A stretch of DNA of 64,000 nucleotides. It comes from a virus. Its lineage: Duplodnaviria; Caudoviricetes. This document shows, piece after piece, positions 19,022-29,819 of the stretch. Made by a program: the position numbers and the translations under genes. The stretch's first letter is position 1. Every line of letters starts with the position of its first letter. The notes under the pieces are model-generated. The model searched no databases. It worked only from the letters and a program-made list of their open reading frames with translations, and was not told the origin of the DNA. The stretch covers positions 360 through 64,359 of the IMG/VR virus record IMGVR_UViG_3300025168_013778. One strand, given 5' to 3'.

Positions 19022-20269
19022 TTATATACTGATAAAATCTTCTAACTCCTCATAATCTTTAATTACCTTCATGGTTGGGAAAGCGATTATGTATTTATAT
19101 CCATTTCCTTTTAATTTATCTATAATCATTTTAGAAAAATTCCAAGCAAAAATCATAATGTAATCTGGTTTATCTGTGTCATTATCTAGATGTGATTTAT
19201 CTACAATTGGGACATGTGTACCAGCTATAAATCTTCCTGCTCTTTCTGGTGACTCATCTACAATATACTCTACAACGTCTGGAGTTACGTCCGCTAAATT
19301 ACAAATCATGTTTGCTCTACCAGAAGCTCCATAACCACATATCTTATGACCTTCACTCTTTAACTTTGCCAATGTTTCTTTTATTACCGAAATATGTTTT
19401 CTAACATCATCACCAAAATTATTTAACCAATCTATAGATGTTATCCCCCACTCTTTTTCGTCATCTAATCTTTTAATTACTTTTACTGGGTGTGCTGTGT
19501 AAGTATTCTCCACCACAACCCTAATACTACCCGAGTGGATAGGTATCTCATCAAAATCAATTATCGTCATATCAAATTGATTAAATAAGTTATTAAGTGC
19601 GGTCAAAGAATAATAATATAGGTGTTCATGATAAATGTTATCATATTGTAGTTGCTCTATAAGGTTCTTAACATAGTGAACCTCAACAATAAACTTACCG
19701 CCTGGTTTTAAAGCTTTTTTTACACCCTTAACAATAGATTTTATATCATCTATATGGGCAAAACAATTATTAGATACAGCAACATCAAACTTAGACTCTA
19801 AATCATATTTATCGACTGCTTCTTCATTAAAATAATCGTTAATTACATTACAACCTTTATCTTTAGCAACTTGGGAAATGTTTACCGCCGGTTCAACCCC
19901 AACACAATCAATACCTAAATCCTGTAAAGGTTTTAATAGAACACCGTCATTAGACCCTATTTCTAATACTTTAGTTGGGTTAAATCTTTCTTTAATTAAT
20001 TTAGCTACACCTGTAAAGTGTCCACTTAATCCTATAGATGACATATAACGGTAATCTTTAAATAATGCATCTGCATCTATAACACTATCTGTTTGTAAAA
20101 GTGTACATTTATCACAAAATTGTACATTAAGGTTAAATTTTCTATCCTTTTCTAATTCTGATTTTGCTGGAAAATCTCCAGCTAATGGAACCAATCCATA
20201 CTCCATGATTGATTTTAATTCTGTATTGTCACACACAGCACATTTTTTTCTAACTTTATAAATTTCCAT
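19022..20269 (-). CDS. NDP-hexose C-methyltransferase
   Basis: Zn-binding CAVC...CDKC, 'EIGSNDG', 'YHEHLYYYS', 'HSGSIR', 'GYGASGRAN', 'FAWNF'. Confidence 0.88.
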   Translation of the reverse strand: MEIYKVRKKCAVCDNTELKSIMEYGLVPLAGDFPAKSELEKDRKFNLNVQFCDKCTLLQTDSVIDADALFKDYRYMSSIGLSGHFTGVAKLIKERFNPTKVLEIGSNDGVLLKPLQDLGIDCVGVEPAVNISQVAKDKGCNVINDYFNEEAVDKYDLESKFDVAVSNNCFAHIDDIKSIVKGVKKALKPGGKFIVEVHYVKNLIEQLQYDNIYHEHLYYYSLTALNNLFNQFDMTIIDFDEIPIHSGSIRVVVENTYTAHPVKVIKRLDDEKEWGITSIDWLNNFGDDVRKHISVIKETLAKLKSEGHKICGYGASGRANMICNLADVTPDVVEYIVDESPERAGRFIAGTHVPIVDKSHLDNDTDKPDYIMIFAWNFSKMIIDKLKGNGYKYIIAFPTMKVIKDYEELEDFISI

Positions 20270-20996
20270 TTAAAATATTTTTTACTCCTTTTTTATTATT
20301 ATAATAATTGTTTATGTTTTCTGCCTTTAATTCACTAGAACCCCAACCCAAGTAAGTCTTGTTCTGGTAAGTCCCTTTAAATGTATTAATGTCCTCATAG
20401 TTCACGTCTTTTTTTAATTGTGTTATTTGATTATTAACAAAATCTTCATTCCACTTACTGTTGTAGTATTGGTGGTTTTTAGTGTTAGCGGGGCCCCAAC
20501 TAGTTCCAGTATCAAGATACTCAGTTTCTTTACTTATATAAAGTGATAAATCATTTATAAAAAGTTTATTCATCCAATCAGTATCCTCAAACCCATTAAC
20601 CTCATAACCTTCATCAAAAAACCCTACTCTAGTAGTTAACTCCTTACTAAAACCAAAAATACCTAGTAGGTAAGTTGCAACACAAGAGTAACCTTCTTTT
20701 AATTTATTTTCAATCCTAGTAATGTCGGTACTAGTAACTCTAATTTTATCACATCCAATAATGACATACTCTGTGTTTATTTCTTTTAGTGCTTGGTTCC
20801 ACATACTAACTAAACCACTTTTATGGTTGTTATATATTACATTAACCCTGTCCGATTTAATATATTCACCATCTGGTGAATCACTATTGTCGTCTATAAT
20901 TAAAATGGGGTAATCACAACTATCTAAAAAAGTTTGAATGGCTTCGTTGGCCATATTAACCCTATTTCTACATGGAAAAGTTATAGTAAAATTCAT
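20256..20996 (-). CDS. glycosyltransferase, GT2-like
   Basis: 'IIDDNS', 'GLVSMWN', 'GFFDEGY..GFEDTD'. Confidence 0.8.
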   Translation of the reverse strand: MNFTITFPCRNRVNMANEAIQTFLDSCDYPILIIDDNSDSPDGEYIKSDRVNVIYNNHKSGLVSMWNQALKEINTEYVIIGCDKIRVTSTDITRIENKLKEGYSCVATYLLGIFGFSKELTTRVGFFDEGYEVNGFEDTDWMNKLFINDLSLYISKETEYLDTGTSWGPANTKNHQYYNSKWNEDFVNNQITQLKKDVNYEDINTFKGTYQNKTYLGWGSSELKAENINNYYNNKKGVKNILNGNL

Positions 20997-21811
20997 TATT
21001 GTACGTCTATACTTTCTCCTCTCACAAAGTGATAAGTTATACAGTCTCTAACTAAATAATTTTCATAACCCGCTGTTTGCATCCTATCATGGATTACCAC
21101 ATCACCAGTTATCCAATTCTCTATGTGTGGTAAAGGACCGTGGTCTAACCAATCTTGTTTTGTCATTAACCAAGAACAACCATCAGTTCTATCAATATTA
21201 CCTAACGATGTATTTAGTTTTGTTGGTTTTCCCCAGTACTTAAGACAGTCATCTATTGTTAATATATTTTGTATTACCCCAGTATTCATTCTATTACAAA
21301 AGTCTTCAAAACCACCGTAATTAAACTCATGAAAAGTAGCACCTAAATCTAACGCAAAATGTCTACTAATAGCACCTATTTGTCTTAACCTAGTTGCGTT
21401 TTCAATGGTGTTAGCTTGTAAAATAAACTTACTTTTATTAAGTTTTCTTAATTTTTCAGCTTCTTCGTAAAGGGACACAAAACTATCTCTAGAAAAAACT
21501 TGGTCGGAACCACCCCTAAACACATACCCATCATCTGAAATTTCATAACCCAAGTTCCAACAAGCGTAAAGATTCTCAATAAAAACATCCGTAGGTTCGT
21601 CATAAATTTCTGTACGAATATTATTATCATTACAATAGTCTAGTATTGATTGTGTTATTTTTTCTGGAATCTTATTGTTTTTGTATACTATAACAATTAA
21701 TTCTTTTTCACAAGTTAGTTTATCAAAACCAGCATAGGATTTTACATTGTTCATATGACCTTGTAATAAACTAAGGTCTTTACCGATAATCGTATAGTAA
21801 GTAAATTTCAT
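20996..21811 (-). CDS. putative glycosyltransferase (divergent GT-A)
   Basis: 'YACWNLG', 'GSDQVF', 'GDVV', 'YHF..GE' resemble GT2 motifs. Confidence 0.55.
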   Translation of the reverse strand: MKFTYYTIIGKDLSLLQGHMNNVKSYAGFDKLTCEKELIVIVYKNNKIPEKITQSILDYCNDNNIRTEIYDEPTDVFIENLYACWNLGYEISDDGYVFRGGSDQVFSRDSFVSLYEEAEKLRKLNKSKFILQANTIENATRLRQIGAISRHFALDLGATFHEFNYGGFEDFCNRMNTGVIQNILTIDDCLKYWGKPTKLNTSLGNIDRTDGCSWLMTKQDWLDHGPLPHIENWITGDVVIHDRMQTAGYENYLVRDCITYHFVRGESIDVQ

Positions 21812-22962
21812 TATTTTATAATTTTATTAATTGTATCTATTATTAGTTGTATTTCGTCGTCAGTCAAACTAGGATTGTTTGGTACATACAGACCGTGCCT
21901 ATCTATAACATCACAGTTCTTTAATTCCTTTACACCAAAATTTTCAGTGTAAAATGGTTGTTTACCCATTGTCCCACAAACTAAAGGTCGAACCTCAATT
22001 TCGTTTTCTATTAAAGCTTCTATAATTTCATTTCTTTTTGGGTGGATTACCGGGTAACAAAAACTAGATGTAAAAGTATTGTCTAACGGGTTAGGTTTCC
22101 AAAAGTCATTCTTTATGCCTTTTTGGAATTTTTGGAAATTCTTCTCTCTTTTTTCACAGATATAATCTAATTTTTCTAATTGTCCTATTCCAAGATAAGC
22201 CTGTAAATCGGTAGCTCTTAAATTAAATCCTGGATGGTAAAAAGTATAAAGTGAGTTAAAGTCACTAACATCATGTTGTGCTCTTACTTCCTCCTGCTTT
22301 TCTTTGTCCCAATCTCTATCCCAACCATGACTTCTAATACTTAAAAGTATATCATATATTTCTTTGTCGTCGGTACAAACCATTCCACCTTCTATCGTAG
22401 ATATGTGATGACCAAAATACATAGAGTAGGATGACATTAGGCCGAAATTACCAATCTTAGTACCATCAAATTCTGTACCTAAAGACTCACAATTGTCTTC
22501 AAGTAGTATGACATCATATTTGTCACAAAGGTCCTTAATACTCTTTAAATCAGGTGAAAAACCTAATATAGAAACACATAAGAATACAGCGGGAGACTCC
22601 TCCTTAAAGATTTTTTCTAACTCTACAACATCAACAGCTAAATTATCCAGAGAAACATCACATAGTAGTGGTTCAAACTCTAACTGTAAAGCTGGAGCTA
22701 GGTCAGTAGCCCAACACAAACCAGGTATTACTACTTTTTTATTTTTTAAAGATTTAGAACGTATTAATGCATATAACATTAATAAATTAGCGGAGGAACC
22801 TGAGTTACAATATACTGAGTACTTGGTCCCTAACCATTTAGACCATTTTTCTTCGAATTCCTTTGTTAAAGGTCCTTTCGTTAATCGTGGGTAAGTCTTT
22901 AACCACTCAATTAAAGAATCAATATCTTTATTGTCTATTGTATCATTAGTTAGATAAATCAT
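21811..22962 (-). CDS. PLP-dependent DegT family enzyme, ColD-like GDP-4-keto-6-deoxymannose 3-dehydratase
   Basis: 'NSGSSANL', 'EDNCES', 'SMYFGHHISTIEGG' with His at the usual Schiff-base Lys position; no RfbH-type Cys cluster. Confidence 0.8.
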   Translation of the reverse strand: MIYLTNDTIDNKDIDSLIEWLKTYPRLTKGPLTKEFEEKWSKWLGTKYSVYCNSGSSANLLMLYALIRSKSLKNKKVVIPGLCWATDLAPALQLEFEPLLCDVSLDNLAVDVVELEKIFKEESPAVFLCVSILGFSPDLKSIKDLCDKYDVILLEDNCESLGTEFDGTKIGNFGLMSSYSMYFGHHISTIEGGMVCTDDKEIYDILLSIRSHGWDRDWDKEKQEEVRAQHDVSDFNSLYTFYHPGFNLRATDLQAYLGIGQLEKLDYICEKREKNFQKFQKGIKNDFWKPNPLDNTFTSSFCYPVIHPKRNEIIEALIENEIEVRPLVCGTMGKQPFYTENFGVKELKNCDVIDRHGLYVPNNPSLTDDEIQLIIDTINKIIK

Positions 22963-23846
22963 TTTTTTATTTTATTTATAAATTTTATTAAATCGGTTGC
23001 GTAGTTTAACCAACTCATATTTTCTACTTGACCTCTTCTTTTTAATAGAGGTTCTTGTACTTTATCTAAAATTTTAGATAAGGCATTAACATCGTTTGCT
23101 GGAAAAATATAGTCCGGTTCTAACTCATATCCAGCAAAACCAACATCAGCTGAAATCACTGGTGTACCAGTACTTAAAGATTCTTGAAAAGATATTGGTC
23201 CAGCAGTCCATAATCCAGGTATTAACAAGTAATCTATTTCTTGATAAAATTTTGGGTACACACTGTAGTCAGCGTCACCAGTTAATTTTAAATCAATATT
23301 ATTTCTTTTAGCTATAGGTTTTAAAGCATCCCATCCATCACCCAAAAATCTTAACTTAAAGTTTTTAAAGTCATAAGAAGATACCATTGCTTCCATAAAT
23401 TGTTGTCCATATCCTGGATAACCTCCTCTTGAAACAACCCCTATAGTTAACTTTTTAAGTGGAAACATATCTCTAGGTTCTCCAGGTGTAATAGTTTCTA
23501 TTTTATCTGCAGGCCAACCCATAGACTTTAACATGTCAGTATACCTACCATTCATACTAACAATCCCATCTAGGTTCTCAAAAGATTTAGTTGTGGTTAA
23601 TAAATTACGTAACCATTGAGCACTATTTCTGTCTGCGTGAGTAAAATATGCTACGTCTAATTTAGTTTTTTGACCATGGTAACAATTTTGTAAGTCAGCA
23701 TAGTAATTTACGTCGGCATTTGGGTCGGCTTCGTGAGAAACAGTCATAGTATATCCTTCTATATTTTCATTACAGGCCTTTGCTGTTCTTTCAGATATTT
23801 TTTGAAGTATCCAACCACTAGTAACAGTTACAATGTTTATTCTCAT
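22959..23846 (-). CDS. glycosyltransferase, GT4-like
   Basis: '[22 protein letters not shown]'. Confidence 0.75.
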   Translation of the reverse strand: MRINIVTVTSGWILQKISERTAKACNENIEGYTMTVSHEADPNADVNYYADLQNCYHGQKTKLDVAYFTHADRNSAQWLRNLLTTTKSFENLDGIVSMNGRYTDMLKSMGWPADKIETITPGEPRDMFPLKKLTIGVVSRGGYPGYGQQFMEAMVSSYDFKNFKLRFLGDGWDALKPIAKRNNIDLKLTGDADYSVYPKFYQEIDYLLIPGLWTAGPISFQESLSTGTPVISADVGFAGYELEPDYIFPANDVNALSKILDKVQEPLLKRRGQVENMSWLNYATDLIKFINKIKK

Positions 23847-24808
23847 TTTAAAAGGTTTATATCGTTTTCTACCATTTTAGCTACTAATTCTTTAAAACTA
23901 GTTTTTCTTTTCCACCCTAATTCATTTTCTGCTTTACTAGAGTCACCTTTTAAATAATCTACCTCTGCTGGTCTCATAAATCTTGGGTCTTGTTCTACAT
24001 ACTTACTCCAGTCATTGATGCCTATATACTTAAATGCGATATCTAAAAACTCTCTAATAGAGTAAGATTCACCGGTTGCGATAACATAATCATCTGGAGT
24101 ATCTTGTTGCATCATTAACCACATAGCTTCCACATAATCAGGGGCATATCCCCAGTCCCTTAAAGAATCCAAATTACCTAAAGTTATTTTATCTGCCAAA
24201 CCTAATTTAATTTTTGCCACACCGTCTGTAATTTTTCTAGTGACAAATTCGTGACCTCTTCTTTCAGATTCATGATTAAAAAGAATACCACTACAATTAA
24301 ACATATCGTAAGACTCTCTATAGTTTTTTGTTATCCAATGTCCGTACAGTTTTGCAACACCATAAGGACTTCTAGGGTAAAAAGGAGTGCTTTCAGTAGC
24401 AGGATTTTCTGACATCCTTCCGAACATTTCAGATGAACTCGCTTGATAGAATTTAACTGGTTTATTGTACATTCTTATTGCTTCTAACATTCGTAAAACA
24501 CCAAGACCAGTTATTTCACTTGTTTGTTCTGGAGTGTTCCAACTCTCACCAACAAATGATTGTGCCGCTAGATTATATACTTCGTCTGGTTGAGACTCAT
24601 TTAAACATCTTAATAGTGAGTTTTGGTCAGATAGGTCCCCCATTAAAAAATTAACTTTTTCTAGTAAGTGTGAGGTGTTTCTAATATTTTTAGTGGAGGC
24701 TCTTCTTTCGACACCGAACACTTCGTATCCTTTTTCTAATAAAAAGTCAGCTAGGTGACTTCCATCCATTCCACTAATTCCTGTTATTAAAGCTCTTTTT
24801 TTAGTCAT
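23843..24808 (-). CDS. gmd: GDP-mannose 4,6-dehydratase
   Basis: '[15 protein letters not shown]', 'YNLAAQSFV', '[10 protein letters not shown]', 'PRSPYGVAK', 'LFNHES', 'RDWG'. Confidence 0.95.
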   Translation of the reverse strand: MTKKRALITGISGMDGSHLADFLLEKGYEVFGVERRASTKNIRNTSHLLEKVNFLMGDLSDQNSLLRCLNESQPDEVYNLAAQSFVGESWNTPEQTSEITGLGVLRMLEAIRMYNKPVKFYQASSSEMFGRMSENPATESTPFYPRSPYGVAKLYGHWITKNYRESYDMFNCSGILFNHESERRGHEFVTRKITDGVAKIKLGLADKITLGNLDSLRDWGYAPDYVEAMWLMMQQDTPDDYVIATGESYSIREFLDIAFKYIGINDWSKYVEQDPRFMRPAEVDYLKGDSSKAENELGWKRKTSFKELVAKMVENDINLLK

Positions 24809-25592
24809 TTGTTTTTTGTTTTTCTTCGTAAAGTTCTATTATTTTCTTTTTATTTCTTGGGTCTACAACGTCAGTTTTGTTAAACCAAGAAGGTAATATG
24901 CCATCTTCTAGTGGGGCAACATCTAAAGTTTTTTCGTCTAAAAGTCTATCAAGGTCCCAACCCTTTTGACCAAAACCTTTATATGTATCGTACTTTGTTA
25001 TAATTTGTGAGTCAGTAGCAAAACCTCTATGTACAACGTTAAATCCTGAATTTGCAACTCTTCTAAAAGTTAATGGATATTGTGGTTTATGTAATCCTGG
25101 ACTATTATCAAATTTTAATCTTCCAGTGTTTCTCCATAAAGGACACCATTGACCATGTAATCCATGATAACCTTCATCTAACCTATAGTGGATATCACTT
25201 CTCCATAAATTATAATGACCAAAGAAAAAAGCTTCTATTCCTTGTTGCATTCCCGCATCACATAACCCTCTTAGATTTTGTCCATTATTGTCTAACAATC
25301 TACCATCTAAAAGTAGGTCACCATCTAACCATAAAACCCAATCCACATCTGGGTGGTCAAGTAATAATTGGTCCATCAATTCTTGTTTACAGATTAATTC
25401 TTCTTTAAATCTGTTAGTTGGGGACTCTATAACCACGGTATTGTCAAATTTTTTATAGTACTCTTTACTACCATCATCAGAGTTCTGGTCAAAGATATAT
25501 CTATAGTCACAAGGTTCCGTACACTTAAACCAATTTTCTAGATTACCTTTATTTAATTCGTTCCTTAATTGTGTAAAAGCTATTATTTTCAT
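24801..25592 (-). CDS. glycosyltransferase, GT2-like
   Basis: 'DQNSDDGS', 'WLDGD'. Confidence 0.75.
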   Translation of the reverse strand: MKIIAFTQLRNELNKGNLENWFKCTEPCDYRYIFDQNSDDGSKEYYKKFDNTVVIESPTNRFKEELICKQELMDQLLLDHPDVDWVLWLDGDLLLDGRLLDNNGQNLRGLCDAGMQQGIEAFFFGHYNLWRSDIHYRLDEGYHGLHGQWCPLWRNTGRLKFDNSPGLHKPQYPLTFRRVANSGFNVVHRGFATDSQIITKYDTYKGFGQKGWDLDRLLDEKTLDVAPLEDGILPSWFNKTDVVDPRNKKKIIELYEEKQKTND

Positions 25593-25639
25593 TTTCTGTT
25601 TTTTTTAATTATAGTTATATTTAAACACTTTTTAAATGC

Positions 25640-26452
25640 TTAGTTGACTATTTTCCAACCCGTTTCTTTTAAAGTAACATCGTTAAAAAGTTTTTTATTT
25701 TTATCTAACAATTCTTGAGTATTTGTAACACCAGCCCAATTAAATTCACTGTAATGGTGTTGGTGTACTACGAATGGGGAGTCTACCACATTAACAACTA
25801 AACCTTTTCTCCTAATTCTTAATAATATCTCATTATCGTCAAACGCTATACCTTTAGCGTATCTCTCATCAAATCCCCCCATTTCTTGTATGTGTTTTGT
25901 TGGGATTACTGAACAAAAGTGATAAGCTACAGGTCTAAATCTGCTGTGGTTGTACCAGCCGTCACACCCATCACATTCTACTGGTCCTTGTTTAATTGGT
26001 GTCAGACACAGGTTAATTTTTTCTAACCACTTATCCGAATCAAAATTTATAGTCCCAAACCTATCTGTTACGTCCTCAGTTAATGAGTAACAACCAAAAG
26101 AAAAATAATCATTATCTTTAATATTTTCTATTGCTGTACTAACCAGGTCCCCAACATGTAAACATTCCGGATTTTGTAACATGGTTAATTTTCCTGTAGC
26201 GGCTCTAATTCCAATGTTAAAAGGTACTGAAGGATTGTAGTACCATTTATCTTCAGGGTTAAGTCTAATAACTTTAAAATCGAAATTAAAAGTACCTATT
26301 AAATCCTCTAACCTTTCCTCTTCCCTTGAACCATCGTCAACAACTATAATTTCAATATCACTAGCGTACTTAGAGTTATTTATTGTTTTTAAAGTTCTAA
26401 TAAATAATTCCTTTCTATTGTAGTATGCTGTTACTATGGATAACTTTTTCAT
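25640..26452 (-). CDS. glycosyltransferase family 2
   Basis: 'SIVTAYYNR', 'VVDDGS', 'GGFDERY..GIAFDD'. Confidence 0.85.
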   Translation of the reverse strand: MKKLSIVTAYYNRKELFIRTLKTINNSKYASDIEIIVVDDGSREEERLEDLIGTFNFDFKVIRLNPEDKWYYNPSVPFNIGIRAATGKLTMLQNPECLHVGDLVSTAIENIKDNDYFSFGCYSLTEDVTDRFGTINFDSDKWLEKINLCLTPIKQGPVECDGCDGWYNHSRFRPVAYHFCSVIPTKHIQEMGGFDERYAKGIAFDDNEILLRIRRKGLVVNVVDSPFVVHQHHYSEFNWAGVTNTQELLDKNKKLFNDVTLKETGWKIVN

Positions 26453-27528
26453 TAAAGTGAATTTTTTAATGTTTCTATTACTTTAGTAGAAGTCATTCCA
26501 TCACCTAACCAATGACTGTCCATTAAATTTTTTGACTTTTTTAACCATTTTAAAGAATCGTACCAATCATCATTATATTCTTTTTCCATATTAATCATCA
26601 TAGAACAATGGGAACCTATTGATTCGGGTCTTTCTGTATATTCTCTTGGGACTAAAACGGGAGTTCCCATAATAGCAGGTTCTTCTTGAGCTGTTCCAGA
26701 ATCAGATATAATAAATTTAGAATTATAGACCGATTTCATATAATTTTTATAGGACATTAAAGGAACTACCTCTATATCACCTAAGTCAACACCATATTCT
26801 TCTATTTTATTTTTAGTCCTACCAAACTCTAACATTTTAACTGGTAGTCTATATACCGCACTTACCCATTTTGTAAATTCAATTATATTAACTAAACGAT
26901 GTTTATAGTTGAAATTTTCAGGACGATGAATATCTAGAATAATCTGATTATTTTTTGGAGTACTTTTAAAATCTTTATTTTCCTTAATTAATTTTTTTGC
27001 TACCTCAACAATAGTATTACCTACCACATGTACCCCTTCTGTTATATTTTCTTTTTCTAATTTTTTTCTGTAGTTCTCATGATAAACAAATAATAAATCA
27101 CTACATGTATCGCACACCATTCTATTCACTTCTTCTAACATCCTTTTATCTCCTGAACGCATACCAGCTTCTATATGACCAATTCTATAACCTTCTTTTT
27201 TAAGAGCGACTGCAGAAACTACTGAATTAGAATCACCCAAAAACAATATAATTTCTGGATTAATATTTTTTTCTCTAAATAATTCTATTAGTTTTATTGA
27301 AAGGTCAGCGGTTTGATGAAAATGTTCTTTACCGGGACCACCAACAGATAAATTATAATCGGGCTTTCGTATTTTTAATTCTTCAAAAAATACACCTGAC
27401 AATAAATCATCATAGTGTTGTCCAGTATGTATTAAAATATGATTAAATTCTTTATCTAATTTTTTAAATATTTCAGACATTCTTATAAAGTCTGGTCTAA
27501 TTCCAGTTACTGTTACTATTGTTTTCAT
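26452..27528 (-). CDS. UDP-N-acetylhexosamine 2-epimerase, non-hydrolysing (WecB/FnlC-like)
   Basis: 'GIRPDFIRMS', 'HTGQHYD', 'LGDSNS', 'HIEAGMRS', 'EEVNR', 'SDSGTAQEE', 'TERPE'. Confidence 0.9.
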   Translation of the reverse strand: MKTIVTVTGIRPDFIRMSEIFKKLDKEFNHILIHTGQHYDDLLSGVFFEELKIRKPDYNLSVGGPGKEHFHQTADLSIKLIELFREKNINPEIILFLGDSNSVVSAVALKKEGYRIGHIEAGMRSGDKRMLEEVNRMVCDTCSDLLFVYHENYRKKLEKENITEGVHVVGNTIVEVAKKLIKENKDFKSTPKNNQIILDIHRPENFNYKHRLVNIIEFTKWVSAVYRLPVKMLEFGRTKNKIEEYGVDLGDIEVVPLMSYKNYMKSVYNSKFIISDSGTAQEEPAIMGTPVLVPREYTERPESIGSHCSMMINMEKEYNDDWYDSLKWLKKSKNLMDSHWLGDGMTSTKVIETLKNSL

Positions 27529-27530
27529 TT

Positions 27531-28301
27531 TTATTTTATGTTAAATTTATCTTCTATTTTTTTTATGTTGTAAAACTTATCTGGAGCACCCCCCATTAAA
27601 GCTTGTTTACCATACTCCCAAGTATTAAAATAATTTACCAACTTGTCAATGTTTTGAAAATTCGGACTTGCGGATGAGTTGGTTAACTTAACTCTAATGT
27701 CATTTCTAACATAACTTAAATGGTGCATTTCAATCTCCTCCCTAGTGAAGATTTTACAATTTCCAGCAGGCATTCTTCTAGTTGGGTCTACCAATACTGG
27801 AAAAGGGCACCCAACAAATGTTTTTCCTGGAGCTATTTTATATATTAACGAAACATAGTAGTCTTCCATTGGGTCTAATCTATATTCGGTATTTTTATAA
27901 TATGTGACTAACTGACAAGCTGATGAATCATAGTTACCCTCCTCAATAGTTGAACACATAAATTTAAATTGTTTACTATCGTAATATTCGTCAGTGTCCA
28001 TAGACATGTGGTGAGTACATTTTGCCCCTTCAGATAAAAACAACCCAATGTTACGTTTCATAGACTCATTAAAATGACCACCTTGATTTATTTTTGGTTT
28101 GTATTCAAATAGTTCATCCACTAAACCTTTTTCTTTTAACGAGGTTAGTAGTGGTAAAAGATTTGGGTCACACTGGTTACCAAAGTTAGATTTTTCTTGA
28201 TAAACCACAGATATAAAATCTACTTGGTCTCGTATACATAATATAGATTTTTCTAATAGTTCTTCCCCATCAAATACGTTGTAAGATATTCCTAATTTCA
28301 T
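27531..28301 (-). CDS. putative glycosyltransferase (GT-A-like)
   Basis: 'MDTDEYY' DxD motif, 'KRNIGL', 'MHHLSYVR'. Confidence 0.6.
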   Translation of the reverse strand: MKLGISYNVFDGEELLEKSILCIRDQVDFISVVYQEKSNFGNQCDPNLLPLLTSLKEKGLVDELFEYKPKINQGGHFNESMKRNIGLFLSEGAKCTHHMSMDTDEYYDSKQFKFMCSTIEEGNYDSSACQLVTYYKNTEYRLDPMEDYYVSLIYKIAPGKTFVGCPFPVLVDPTRRMPAGNCKIFTREEIEMHHLSYVRNDIRVKLTNSSASPNFQNIDKLVNYFNTWEYGKQALMGGAPDKFYNIKKIEDKFNIK

Positions 28302-29819
28302 TTATTGTACTTTTATATATTTTAATAATTTTTTATTATGTTGATTTACAAATTGCATTAATTGATTAAAGTCTTCAGGTTTAATAGCCCCCTCACTTTT
28401 TCTAGTTCTACTTTCAAAATGGTAAGCCACAGCGTTACCAGCAAACATATTTTTTCTGCCTTTTATAATACATTGCATGTTAAGTTCAACATCCTCTAAA
28501 CAATCCATATATTGTTCATTAAACATCCCAATCTCCTCGAAAAGAGACTTTTTTATTAATAGAAAAGCACCAGTATTACCCAACGTGTCTATTAAATTAT
28601 TAACTGGGTAGTTATAAGAAGACCTAAACCCTTGATGCCCCAGACCAATCTGCATTCTACCATCTTTTTGGGGTTGTCCAAACAACATAACTCCTCCATG
28701 TTGGATGGTGTTGTCGTCAAAGTGTAGTCTAGCACCTACTGTACCACAACTTTTTTTATTTTTAATGTAAAGACCAACCATTTCTGTAATAGCGTCGTTT
28801 AACAACTCAATATCATTATTACAAAAAAGTAATAATTCACTATCACTATCACAGTGATTTTTAACCACATCGTTATTTGTCCCAGCAAAATGGTAAAATT
28901 CAAACTCTATTAAATTTACTTTATTTTTATTACAATATTCTCTTATTAGTTTTAAATTATCTTCATCACTACCTGTATCTGCAACTGTAATTTTATAATT
29001 GGGATAGGTGGAGACATTAATTATTGAGTCAATACAACCTTTAAGTAATTCAAAATTATTTTTGTTTGGGATGATTATTTCTACTTTAGGTGTTTCTTTA
29101 AGTGATTTTTTTACCTCGTTAAATTTTATTTCAGGTTTAACGTGAGTAGGTAATAAGGGTTCGTTGGTTTTTGAGTCCACAGAAAATTTTTCTACAAACT
29201 TTTTTCTATTTTCTTCCCATTCTTCATTGGTTTGACCTATAGATTTGTGTGTTATTTTTACATCAAAAATCACACCTAACTTGACACCAGCAATAAAATT
29301 GGAAAAACAAAAATCAACATCATAAAAGTGAAACCCTTCAACTCCTTCATCAAAGGTGTTAACTATTCTTTTTTTGTGACAAGAAAAAAAAACACCATCT
29401 AAACAACATACATTTAAAATTTGTTTAGGAAAAGTAGAACTATATGAATTAACCCAAGTTTTACCTTCGTGAGTGTGACTAACCCTACCAACCATTTTTG
29501 TTGTGTCTTGCCACCATCTACCAGTTGAGGACATATGTGTGGTTCCAGCAACACCTAAAATACCATAATCAGATTCTTTATACCTATCTAATAATTTTCT
29601 TCCCCAACCCTTACTATTAAAGGATATATCATCATGGGCTAAAACAACCACATCATTTTTTGCTTGTGATAAGGCTCTATTATAAATTTCAGTTAATGAT
29701 GTCCCATCTGGATTTTCAAATGGAAGTATCTCAAGATTCTTAACACCACACGTTTTTTTAATGTGGTCAATATAGGAAGAATTTATTCTTCGTGTACTAA
29801 ATGCTACGGTTAGACTCAT
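28302..29819 (-). CDS. two-domain glycosyltransferase (GT2-like + GT2)
   Basis: Domain 1 'HDDI..', 'FHFYDVD'; domain 2 'IIIPNK', 'DTGS', 'CNNDI', 'EDVEL', 'HFESRTR'. Confidence 0.85.
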   Translation of the reverse strand: MSLTVAFSTRRINSSYIDHIKKTCGVKNLEILPFENPDGTSLTEIYNRALSQAKNDVVVLAHDDISFNSKGWGRKLLDRYKESDYGILGVAGTTHMSSTGRWWQDTTKMVGRVSHTHEGKTWVNSYSSTFPKQILNVCCLDGVFFSCHKKRIVNTFDEGVEGFHFYDVDFCFSNFIAGVKLGVIFDVKITHKSIGQTNEEWEENRKKFVEKFSVDSKTNEPLLPTHVKPEIKFNEVKKSLKETPKVEIIIPNKNNFELLKGCIDSIINVSTYPNYKITVADTGSDEDNLKLIREYCNKNKVNLIEFEFYHFAGTNNDVVKNHCDSDSELLLFCNNDIELLNDAITEMVGLYIKNKKSCGTVGARLHFDDNTIQHGGVMLFGQPQKDGRMQIGLGHQGFRSSYNYPVNNLIDTLGNTGAFLLIKKSLFEEIGMFNEQYMDCLEDVELNMQCIIKGRKNMFAGNAVAYHFESRTRKSEGAIKPEDFNQLMQFVNQHNKKLLKYIKVQ

